Assembly (NCBI GenBank): GCA_044892505.1
Contig: CM097884.1
Location: 20,522,001 to 20,586,000, forward strand
Direction of reading: 5' to 3'
Length of the DNA: 64,000 nt
Source of the DNA: Schmidtea nova
Lineage: Eukaryota
Below are positions 27,397-37,779 of this stretch, piece after piece. Numbering within the stretch: position 1 is the stretch's first letter; the number at the start of each line of letters is the position of its first letter. The position numbers and the translations under genes are program-made. Under the pieces are notes generated by a model, which saw only the letters and a list, made by a program, of their open reading frames with translations, was not told the DNA's origin and searched no databases.

Positions 27397-28136
27397 TCAA
27401 CAAAAACAAATATTAACAAAGATATTGCAATGCACGTGCAAATTAACAAAGACTTTGCAAAGTGAATGCAAAGAAACAAAGACTAATGAAATATAATTTT
27501 TAATAATAATAATTTTTTGTACAGAGATAACTTGTGTGTGTGTGTGTGTGTTTAAGACAAATTACTGTACTCATTGAACGCGCGTGAAACGCGCGTTCTT
27601 CTTCCTTGTTGTATAAGACAAATCACAGTACGCATTGAACGCGCGTGAAACGCGCGTTCTNNNNNNNNNNNNNNNNNNNNNNNNNNNNNNNNNNNNNNNN
27701 NNNNNNNNNNNNNNNNNNNNNNNNNNNNNNNNNNNNNNNNNNNNNNNNNNNNNNNNNNNNNNNNNNNNNNNNNNNNNNNNNNNNNNNNNNNNNNNNNNNN
27801 NNNNNNNNNNNNNNNNNNNNNNNNNNNNNNNNNNNNNNNNNNNNNNNNNNNNNNNNNNNNNNNNNNNNNNNNNNNNNNNNNNNNNNNNNNNNNNNNNNNN
27901 NNNNNNNNNNNNNNNNNNNNNNNNAAAAAAATATATACCGACTTATATAACTTATAAAAAACTTTATAAAAACCTTATAAAAAATAGAACAATCAAACTT
28001 ATAAATTAACTTATAAAAAAATTTTATAAAAAACCCTGTTATAAAATAGAACAATTAAAAACTAACACATGCAATTAATCGATAAAATTACACAATATAC
28101 AAATAATAATAACAAATAAAAAAATAAATAAAATAT

Positions 28137-31100
28137 TTATTTTTTAAATGAGAAAATAAAATTATTCAAATAATGTTTATNNNNNNNNNNNNNNNNNNNN
28201 NNNNNNNNNNNNNNNNNNNNNNNNNNNNNNNNNNNNNNNNNNNNNNNNNNNNNNNNNNNNNNNNNNNNNNNNNNNNNNNNNNNNNNNNNNNNNNNNNNNN
28301 NNNNNNNNNNNNNNNNNNNNNNNNNNNNNNNNNNNNNNNNNNNNNNNNNNNNNNNNNNNNNNNNNNNNNNNNNNNNNNNNNNNNNNNNNNNNNNNNNNNN
28401 NNNNNNNNNNNNNNNNNNNNNNNNNNNNNNNNNNNNNNNNNNNNNTGTAGACGGCCGATCCTCTAATTCTTCATGTATACGTCTAATGTATGCATTAATT
28501 CTGACCGCTTCTGTTGATTCTCGATCCTCCCAAACATCATCATCAACATCATTATTGTGCACTTCATTTATAATTGTGTTTTCTCCCCGATAATGACCAT
28601 ATGCATAGCTTTTGTTTTTAGACACCCAATTGCGTTTGTCGTCGTTGCAATTGAGTGCCGTTTTTATATTTTTTATACTATATAGTTGGTGATTTTTCGA
28701 ACATATTCGAAACTGCGGGACTTGGTATATCTTATTGTTATTAAAACAATCAAAGTAATTTGAATGGTGAAGCCCCGCAGTAGCTAAACATATACCCTTG
28801 GCTTTCATACTCTCTTCATCGCCAAGTAAACTATAACATTTGGGTCGAAGAAAAACCCACTCTTCATATTTGAAGCCCTTATTTTCGTCCTTAAATTTAC
28901 CTATAACAGAATCCAGATTACGTGAAAATAAGGGATGGTTAGGATTATAATTTGATGTATCCAAGAGTTGATCCCTAACCATAGCAGGCAAAAGAACAGA
29001 CAGTTTACAATTAATGATTTCAAGGAAGAAGGAATCAGTATCTCCTGCGACTATATTTATTTTACAATTAAATTCATTTCTATATTTTTGAAGCTCAACA
29101 TACTGTAATTCATACATTCTAAGTTTAGATAGGTCTAGTACCGTTTGACCTATGTAACTAGGCCTATCTAAACATACTGATTCCTTTCTTAAAAGCACAG
29201 AGATAAGGTTATCGTCTATTTTTGTGGTTTTCCTAAAATATGGACTACTGCTATAGGTAATTAACTTACGTGCAGAATTGCAAAGTCTTAAATTAATACG
29301 TTTTTTAAGATTCTCTACGGTCTTGCCGTAGAGACTGTTATTTAAAAGTTTAAAGTAATTCTTATCCAGCTTCGTGGTGGAAGAAGCTCGCAAAGCAGTA
29401 TTCGTATCCACGTATTTTTTAAATAAAGTAGTTTGCCTAAATCTTATGGCACGATGAATTTTGGTCACAACCACCCCTAACTTCAAAAACATCTGCAAAA
29501 GCCGCCAATGAAGCACATAATTTTTCTTTGGTAAATGCGTCAAAAGAAGCTTTTGCACCTTCGAGCCTGGCGCACACATCTTTTCAGCGGCTACTGGCAA
29601 ATCATCCAGTAAGTCGTGAATAGATGCCGGTATTTCTAAATCAACTTCTATGGTATAACCATAGCTAAGCTGACATAAATCAACCGTAGTGCATTCAAAC
29701 AAGATATTTTCAAGCAAGTGGTCATCCGTGACCCAAACAAAGTCTCCGTCCGGTAAGTTTTGTGAAAGAGCCCAGCCATACAGATTGTTAATATCTATGT
29801 ACAGCAACTCTGTATCTGAGCTCGTTCGCACATGATGTTTATTAACAAAAGTGAGGCCACCCCTGATTCCACCTTCAAAAAAGTTGTACATCTCCATATC
29901 GGTCAAAAGCTCGATAGGAGATTCCAAGGTCATTAAAGCAGAACACCAGCTCATGCCTGGTATGCCTAAAAAATTCAAAGGCTCAAGTCTGTTGTGAGCT
30001 ATACTTTTTGCTCGAAATTGTTGAAAATAATCAGCCAACAGAAATATGTCAAGTTTCATGTAAACCATCATATAATCAAATAATGAGGTACATGAATTTT
30101 CTCTCCATATTTCTTTTGCCTTTTCATAATCAGCAATATCGACACCTTCCCAAATCGGTGGCAATTCATGAGTAGACCTCAAGACTTCTAAAGATGTTGC
30201 TACGTCATATGGAAAAATCCCCTTACTAGTGATAATTGTCCCAATAAATTCCGAAGAAGTAAGTGGGAAAGATGATAAAGTTTTAACAAGACTATTTAGA
30301 GATTCACTTGCAAATTGGTATGAATCTATGAACTTCACTGTGAGTGATCCGATTCTCGCAAAAAGTGCTAGAAACTTTTCACTAGTGACAGGAACACAAC
30401 TAATGTTCCAAGATTCATACTTTGATAATCCGAATTTGAGGATATGATGCAAGTCATATCCCCTTAAATTATGAAATACTATAGGCAAAGTGTGTCTAAT
30501 TTGCCGAGAGACGTTACATTTTTTGCATGCTGCTCCAAGATAAGCACCTGTAAAGTGATCGTGATCTTTAACAGGATTTTCTATTACTTTTTCACACAAG
30601 TAGCAGTGTGTCGCAGCTTGGAAATTTATTATATCAGCATAAGTTAAAATAATCTTCTTATCATAATTTTTATAATAATAAGGTGTTACAATTTTTCTAC
30701 TAATTTGTTCAATTTCGTATAGAAACCGGTCAACACATTCAGTACCAAAAAATGATTTATAAAACTTCTCCCCAGTGAAATTATTGATACATAAAAGCCC
30801 TGCTGAAATGGGCAAGTGTTTTTGAAAGTACTTGGTGTCCCTAGGTAAGATTGCCTCAAAATCGGCATAAATGACAAATGGTGGTGTTACAGTCTTTTTC
30901 CAATCAGTGAATTCCAATAATTTATTCTTAGGCAGAGTGTATAATGTCGTACCTATTTGATTGGCATCACAAAGACCTCGATGACGGTTAAATGTGTCAG
31001 TATTACGAAAGCCATGTAAACACCTAGGGCACCATTTATTATAAATTCTCACTGGGGTTATTGAACTGTTTCGGCAATTAAGAAATCTATTTAAATCATA

Positions 31101-32473
31101 AATAGCTATGTAATGATAAGTTTTTTTAAATTCAAGCAAAAGTAAGTTTATCACTGTTTGTCCAACTATTTTGCTTTTATAAATAATATCTATATACGGA
31201 TGTTTCATCACTTCACTATTATTACTGATGTCAATTAATGCGTTTTCGTCGTAAGATAACACATTAATTGATAATCCTGGATTTAACAATTCAAATCGGC
31301 TAATGTTACTTAGCTTCATTGGCATGTCATTAATGTCATATCTAAGTGATGAAACATCGTAAGAAGAAGGTAGATTTCTAATATTTTCAGGAACTTCGTT
31401 GAAATGTTTAGCTGCTAAAACACTATATAGAAAACAAAGATTGTCGGTGTTGATGACATTGATTACACAATTCTTATGAATAAGAGATTTAGGAGTCTCA
31501 ATAAATTGTTTACCGCTTAACCTGCTTATCTCAGAATATTTGGTCAATACAAAACTTATGTATTCAATTTTATTTATTTTCCAATTCGAACCCTTCTCGT
31601 TCATTTGTGATATTTTTTCATTTAGTATAGTAATACCTTCGTCAACAAAGGTATTACTCCAAAAACGGGCGGAATTTGAAATAACAAAAGACTGATATTC
31701 GTCATCTTTTTCAAATTCCACCATAATACAAAATTGAATTTTAACAGATTTCATTTGAGAAATAATAGAATTTAATTTACTAAGCAAAAGAGAAGGAACT
31801 GAAAGAGTATTTAAATTTAAATGGGCAACATCCATCTTAACGATAATGTGCGATTTATTGAGGTCAGAGTCAACAGTTAAAAGACCTGTACCTATTTGAT
31901 TCACAGAATAAGAGTTGATAATTAAAGGTGTTATTTCCTCCTCATCAGACGAAATAACAATAAGATCAGATTCGTCGTCACTAATATTAATTATTTCGAT
32001 TTTATTAGGATTTTCTATTTTATTGATTTTAGGTAATTTATTAACAATTTCATTTTCTGTTATATGTTTTCGTTTTAATAAATTGGGAACGCTGTCCACA
32101 TTATTTTTTATTAATTTGGGAACGCAGTCCACATTAAAAGAGTTTGGAACAGAGTTCACATTATTTTTTAATAAATTGGGAACGCAGTCCACATTATTTT
32201 TTAATAATTTGGGAACGCAGTCCACATTAGATTGATTATTTTTTAATGTATTTGAAAATATGTTGTTAAAAAGAGTCTTTTTTGATCCTGTAAATTGACT
32301 TAAATGATTTCGATGTTTGCGATAAAAGTTTATATATGTGCTTGTTTCTAAAACTTTGCATATGGGGCATATCAGGTAAAAAACACAATTATATTTTTGC
32401 AAATAATACTTTTCCATAAGACTGTGACAGTCATTATGCAAAGTACTATTGCAGTATGCTGTGTAATATTTGC
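28137..32473 (-). CDS. polB: Protein-primed family B DNA polymerase (pPolB), main exon
   Basis: Pol motifs YIDINNLYG, KLLNNSLYGK and GDTDS; exonuclease motifs YADFE, FHNLRGYD and YMKLD; EndoVII-like CYLC..DHDHFTG..AACKKCN; N-terminal CPIC..H. The frame is open back to a ttag acceptor at 32474-32475. The true stop probably lies in or near the N gap 28181-28445. Confidence 0.97.
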
Positions 32474-32679
32474 CTAAATTAAAAATAAAAACATAAGACT
32501 ATAAGTTTTTTTAAATATTTTTATAGTAATAATTTGTTTATTATATTGATATCATAAAATATCATTGATTAAAATATATATCACATTTAAAGTAATAGAT
32601 TTTCATATCATTGAGTTCATAACAATAAATTAAAATTTTCTTAAAAATTAACAATACTTATAATTACTATACAACTAAT

Positions 32680-33051
32680 ATTGAATTTATACCATAAATT
32701 CCATATTAAATTTATACCATAAATTCCATATTGAATTTATACCATAAATTCCATATTGAAATTATACCATAAATTCCATATTGAATGTATAATATGAAAA
32801 ATAAAATTATTATAAAATCAAAATATATCTTTCTTAAAAATTATTATATAATCAATATACATCTTTCTTAAAAATTATTATTATAAAATCAATATACATC
32901 TTCTTAAAAAATATTATAAAACGAAAAAATATAGTAATTATAAAATGAAATATATATGTCTGTCTTAAAAACAATTATTATACATTCAATATGAAATTTA
33001 TAGTATAAACTCAATATGGAATTTATACTATAAATTCAATATCAGTTGTAT
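32680..33051. repeat. 25-bp tandem repeat (4 copies) with an inverted degenerate copy, flanking a second AT-rich repeat
   Basis: attgaatttataccataaattccat at 32680, 32705, 32730 and 32755; reverse-complement copies at ~32980-33051. Confidence 0.85.
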
Positions 33052-33140
33052 AAAATGAAAAATAATATATATCTTTTGTACACAAAATAAAATCATTACA
33101 AAATTAAAAATAAAATTATTACAAATTAAAAGTAAAAATA

Positions 33141-33761
33141 TTATAAAAATAATAAATATTTACATTTCTGACGACCATTATAACGGTCATCTACCAGATC
33201 TACTGGTGCAGCGTCCATAGAATCATCCCTATTCAGGGGCATATTATCATCCCTATTCAGGGGCATATTATCATCCCTATTCAGGGGCATATTATCATCC
33301 CTATTCAGGGGCATATTATCATCCCTATTCAGGGGCATATTTTCTTCCCTAATAAGGGGCATATTTTCTTCCATATTCAGAGGCTTAAAATTTTCGGTAT
33401 TTTCAAAATCATTTCTTTCTTCAGCTTTAAAATGAAAATAAATTTATAAATAATAAAATAATACAATAAATTACCATCAATGTCGACATTTAACCGCTCA
33501 TTTCTGCTTGCTGCCTCGTATTGATTTAAAATTGAAACATTTATTACTGAAATAATAATATTATTTTAATTAAAAATTATTTTAATTTTTACCATTTTTG
33601 TTCTCCTTTTCATTTTTAAAATTAATTGGCTTTGCTATATTATCAAACATGTTGCCTAAAGAAATTTACATGTTATAAAAACAATAAATTAAAAATAAAT
33701 TAATATTACCAATTTTGTTCATCTTTATCATTTTCTTGATATTTTCTGAAATATTCTGCAT
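33141..33761 (-). CDS. Four small spliced exons (33761-33710, 33655-33593, 33546-33475, 33424-33164) encoding an acidic repeat region; either the pPolB N-terminus or a stand-alone short protein ending at 33141
   Basis: Three GT-AG phase-1 introns (54, 46 and 50 nt) give one open frame MQNISENIKK...DIDAEERND...(MPLNRDDN)n...GRQKC. The donor at 33163 is phase-compatible with the polB acceptor. Confidence 0.7.
33224..33372. repeat. 24-bp coding tandem repeat (MPLNRDDN, ~6 units)
   Basis: atcatccctattcaggggcatatt repeated. Confidence 0.9.
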
Positions 33762-34241
33762 ATTTTTAATATTAATTTGAAAAAGTTTTTGTTTAAATTG
33801 TGACGAAATAATGAAAACATAGGGTATATATCACGTTTATTACAAACTTTATTCACGAGCCAATCACAAGCGAGATAGGGTAGAAAAAGTATGTGTGTAC
33901 ACTGAGTAAGTATGTTAAAAATCTCTCACCAAGTATGTGTGTTAATAATTCACTCACCAAGTATGAATCATGTCTTTGTTATATTGCACGATGCATGTCG
34001 GATGCAACGATACAAAGACACTACGTGACTAAAGTTTTTATGAAATATCTTATGGGTGTAGATGCAGATGTGAATACACCCAAGTTGATTTATATGTGAA
34101 ATAATTGAGTGTCTGCATGCGTGCCTGCATGCAATTTCTTTATAATTATCGAAAAGTATAGCTAGATGGATGTTAATCTGCAAATTGGATGTGAATTCTG
34201 CAAGTTTATAAAAAATAATAAATAAAACACAAATAATACAT

Positions 34242-34643
34242 TTATTGTTTTAAATAATCAATTACACCAGACAAGCAACCTTTATATGCACACATACTAT
34301 GGTCTTTATATGGACATAAGATATTTTCTGGAACATCTTCAAATTCTTTAAAATTATATTTAATTAATCTCAATTTCGGGAAATATTTCTTCAAAACTTG
34401 CAACTTTTCATTATCTGTAACATAGAATATAGCTCCTTTATTTTCAATATCATTCATAATGCATTTTGGACAAAAATAATCTTGTCCTTCAAACGATTCT
34501 ATACGATCAGGCCAGAAAGATAAATCACTGTATATATAATACAAGGGTGTGAAAATACTATTTACATTCATAATACATAATTCCTTAATAATTGTTCCTC
34601 CAATATCATTATAACCGTACATATCAATAAAATAACAAGTCAT
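34242..34643 (-). CDS. 133-aa accessory protein, possibly DEDD/RNase H-fold derived, with a C-terminal Cys/His cluster
   Basis: Clean ATG ORF in the operon-like array; N-terminal YFIDMYGY...IIKEL and C-terminal CPYKDHSMCA. Family call is tentative. Confidence 0.65.
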   Translation of the reverse strand: MTCYFIDMYGYNDIGGTIIKELCIMNVNSIFTPLYYIYSDLSFWPDRIESFEGQDYFCPKCIMNDIENKGAIFYVTDNEKLQVLKKYFPKLRLIKYNFKEFEDVPENILCPYKDHSMCAYKGCLSGVIDYLKQ

Positions 34644-34675
34644 TTTTTACAATAACATTTATTAAACTAAATTGT

Positions 34676-35051
34676 TTATAACATTGATTTTAGCCATGCA
34701 AGGCAATGTTGTCCACAAGTGATTGTTAATGGATGTTGATACCGAATTCTATTATACACAATAGGTTTACCAATAGTTTGTAATTTTCGAACAAGTAAAT
34801 TTGGATAATAATATCCAAAGGGATCAAATACATGTATCCGATCCGGTTTCACGTAAACCGCAATCCAATGTTCACCGCCCAAAGTAGAAGTGTGAGTATT
34901 TACAATGATGGCTTGATTCATTTTCAAATAAGGAATTTTATCTAACGGAAAAACTCCAATAAACTGGTTTCCCAATAGTTTTTTACCTTGTTGTAATACC
35001 TGAATAGAACTAATTAAAATAATAAATTATTCAATTAAAAACTTACTCCAT
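34676..35051 (-). CDS. Adenain-like cysteine (maturation) protease; join(35051-35047, 35009-34676)
   Basis: GEHWIAV, FDPFG and YQ....CGQHC catalytic motifs. A 37-nt GTAAGT...TAG intron restores MDSIQVLQQGKKLLGNQFIGVFPLD. Confidence 0.92.
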
Positions 35052-35088
35052 AATAATAGAAATAATAATAACTTTGGTTATTTATACT

Positions 35089-35169
35089 GTTTGAGCTCTG
35101 CTCAAACCAATACTGCTCAAATCAGCAATGTTTGAGCTCAAACCAATAATGTTTGAGCTCTGCTCAAAC
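35089..35169. repeat. Three GTTTGAGC(TCT)GCTCAAAC palindromes between the MCP stop and the protease start
   Basis: 35089-35107, 35130-35143 (no loop) and 35151-35169; a half site lies near 35114. Confidence 0.85.
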
Positions 35170-36384
35170 CAGTACTGTTCGATTGGCAGTAATTTGTACT
35201 TCATTTTCAAACAATCCATATATAATTACATGAACCGGTTCATCAATGGGTTTTGCAAACTTTATATCTAGCCTTAAATTACCGTTTTGTGGGATTTGAC
35301 TTTGATTTAAATCGAAATCGGGAGCCAGAACAAATGTAAAGAATGGATATTTTGCTTTAAATTCATCCAGACTTATACCACAATTCAAGTTTTTATCCAA
35401 ATATCCTAAATTTCGGACAAGACTTTGCATATATGTGGCACTAAAATTATCATTTTCAAAATCTTGAGTATAAGTTTCTCGATAATCGGTATTTTTCGAC
35501 AATGATAATGAAGTTACATTAAAGTGTTTGAATGAAGATGAAGATTCAGCATATGATCCGTTATATTGATTTTCAGTTTGAAAAGCTACAAGAATGAAAT
35601 TAGGCATTCTTCTATCTCCAAATATTTGCTCCTTGTAAAATGATGATGCACCTTTCCCAATAGCAAACGATACGATTTCTTTGGATTTTATCGGATAAAT
35701 TGCATGTTTGCTATTTAAACCAATTTGATGACCGGCCAAAACTGAAGATTCACACCGAACTCTTCTTACCATTAATTTAGCGTCTACTAATTGGAGTATT
35801 GGTTTCCCAGTTGCCGATTTCAGTGATAATGCAGAATCAGATCGCTTCAATCTAATATGTACATTAACTCCGGGAAGTAAGTATTTAGGTTGATCCATAA
35901 AATCAAGTTGTAATGATGAACACATGTTAAAAAGTTTCGATCCCTTGATCCACTTTTTTCTATCGTCACTTGCACCATATCCCATTGGAGTAAGACAAGT
36001 TTCTTTTGAATCGTTCGTATAATTTAAAATAGTTTCGATTATTGCCTTGTGTGCATATGTATTGTTTCCACCCTCGATTTTTATATTATTAAATCCAAGA
36101 ATCACATCTTTGAAAAGTGTATGAAACAAGTAATTATTAGGTACTACATCACTCGCATCAACTAATTTATTTTTATCTTTATCTACAACTTTGACCGTAA
36201 CGGATAATAACGTATCGTTCAAATCCAAATATTCGGTTGCCGATCCATTAATGTAAAATTCAACATCATTTCTACTATCTGTAATAGAATTCATTGGAAA
36301 CACATCTTCAAACACCCCATATTCAATAACTGCTTGGGGGCTTGGTCGATCAAAAATACATAATTCAGATTTACCGCAAATCAT
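35164..36384 (-). CDS. Major capsid protein (double jelly-roll, Polinton PY/hexon-like)
   Basis: 406 aa; KSELCIF..P.Q, VEFYI.G...YLDL..T.L.V.VKV and C-terminal GNLRLDIKF....V.VIIYG patterns typical of Polinton MCPs; expected position. Confidence 0.9.
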   Translation of the reverse strand: MICGKSELCIFDRPSPQAVIEYGVFEDVFPMNSITDSRNDVEFYINGSATEYLDLNDTLLSVTVKVVDKDKNKLVDASDVVPNNYLFHTLFKDVILGFNNIKIEGGNNTYAHKAIIETILNYTNDSKETCLTPMGYGASDDRKKWIKGSKLFNMCSSLQLDFMDQPKYLLPGVNVHIRLKRSDSALSLKSATGKPILQLVDAKLMVRRVRCESSVLAGHQIGLNSKHAIYPIKSKEIVSFAIGKGASSFYKEQIFGDRRMPNFILVAFQTENQYNGSYAESSSSFKHFNVTSLSLSKNTDYRETYTQDFENDNFSATYMQSLVRNLGYLDKNLNCGISLDEFKAKYPFFTFVLAPDFDLNQSQIPQNGNLRLDIKFAKPIDEPVHVIIYGLFENEVQITANRTVLV

Positions 36385-36761
36385 TCTTCAAATATTGTTC
36401 CATGACCTTTCATTCGTTTGTTTATACGTCTTCGTTTACGTCTTGGTCCTACTGGTACAGGTTCCGGTTCATTTTTTGTAAACATATTTGTAATTGAAGG
36501 AATCATTTTTGTTACAGTAGGTATAGCTTTATTAACTTCGGCCAAAGCATTTGTTTTCAATGATGGTAATATTTTATTATCTTTCATGATAACATCCTTG
36601 GCAGTATTGAATCCAAAACTACCCAGTCGCTTAAGTAGTGGAAGTGCAAATCTACCAATAGTTTTCAACCAACCTGATCCATATTGTTTACCTATAAAAT
36701 ATGGTAATTCGCCACCAGTTTGGCTATTACTGTACAAAGAAACTATATCTGGATTACTCAT
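36381..36761 (-). CDS. PZ / pVI-like core protein
   Basis: QTGG..PYFIGKQYGSG followed by the amphipathic helix WLKTIGRFALPLLKRLG and a basic tail RRKRRR. Confidence 0.75.
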   Translation of the reverse strand: MSNPDIVSLYSNSQTGGELPYFIGKQYGSGWLKTIGRFALPLLKRLGSFGFNTAKDVIMKDNKILPSLKTNALAEVNKAIPTVTKMIPSITNMFTKNEPEPVPVGPRRKRRRINKRMKGHGTIFEE

Positions 36762-37779
36762 GATGTTTTCGAAAATGTAGAGTCAAATGAGTTTTCGAAT
36801 TTTTTGGAAAGTTTATTAAATTACCTTTATCATCTCGGATATTTATTTCTATATTGTTTATACAGGATGTTGAAACAGTTACATACATTGGATTTTCAAC
36901 TTGTATTTGAACAACCTCATCCTGTTCATATTTTTCAATCCATACCGATTTCAGTAAAGGAACCAATGAATCTCCAACAATTATAGGTTCAATAATGTTA
37001 CTGTAAATGAACATTTGCTGATGAAGTTTAATTATTTTCGGTTTATTTATTCCAGTAGTGAATTTTCCATCTTGAGCATATGTTGCTTTCAATAAACCCA
37101 ATGTTTTTACTAGGTTATTATCAAAAGTTATTTCGCTAACATCTGGATTCAAACTGAATTTGAAGTAAGTATCATCTAACAATTCCACCGACTTAAAAAT
37201 ACTTGCACAATTTAGAATTAAATATGATTTCATTTCATCCAGTTTCGATATGTATAAATTATCGGCAAATGTATGGATAAATACAGAATCAGCCTTATAC
37301 TCCATCTTTAATCTAATATTTTCAGTAACTGGACCATCTATACCATAATATGGTAACGGTATCTTGTATGTATCTGTAGGACTTACAATACTCTGTTTCG
37401 TTAATCCCATTCTTTTCGCCATTGCCAAAGTATCAAATGTTATAGTGAAGGGAAAATGATCACAGGTAAAATAAATAGATTGTCTATCACTCAACATTTG
37501 AGCAATATCATCGGCAGGATTAGATATGTCAACTTCACAAAATTGATTGTTAATAATCAAATTTTTATATTTTGTATGTATAGTTTTCTTTTTGTATCGA
37601 ATTTCAGCTTTACTGTAAAATGGAAATGGATTATACACAAATGTAAAGTCTAAGAGAGCGACTTCCCAAATCCCGTCCAAATACATTGGATTTTGGAGAT
37701 TGACCATGAAATTACTTGCTGTATTATCTGGATGTATGTCTGGACAACTGTTGCTAGGTAGAATCATATAAAAATTCAT
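36754..37779 (-). CDS. Minor capsid protein (penton-like, single jelly-roll)
   Basis: MNFYMILPSNS..NT.SNF...L...WEVAL; MFIYSNII....VGD..VPLL; NIEINIRD..G..I.F. Start at 37779 (ATGA overlap with the integrase stop) is preferred over 37806. Confidence 0.9.
   Translation of the reverse strand: MNFYMILPSNSCPDIHPDNTASNFMVNLQNPMYLDGIWEVALLDFTFVYNPFPFYSKAEIRYKKKTIHTKYKNLIINNQFCEVDISNPADDIAQMLSDRQSIYFTCDHFPFTITFDTLAMAKRMGLTKQSIVSPTDTYKIPLPYYGIDGPVTENIRLKMEYKADSVFIHTFADNLYISKLDEMKSYLILNCASIFKSVELLDDTYFKFSLNPDVSEITFDNNLVKTLGLLKATYAQDGKFTTGINKPKIIKLHQQMFIYSNIIEPIIVGDSLVPLLKSVWIEKYEQDEVVQIQVENPMYVTVSTSCINNIEINIRDDKGNLINFPKNSKTHLTLHFRKHHE

Larger units (their letters stand above)
26353..27612. repeat. 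Left terminal inverted repeat (1260 bp)
   Basis: Reverse complement of 43053-44295 apart from repeat-number and homopolymer differences. Confidence 0.95.

Noticed and set aside
28137-28445. C-terminal ~100 aa and stop of the 1434-aa polB ORF
   Set aside because: Runs through an N gap (28181-28445); the length and stop position are artefactual.
33893-34183. Overlapping short ORFs on both strands
   Set aside because: No motifs; the region has short repeats and CCAAT/TATA-like elements and is more likely the polB upstream regulatory region.
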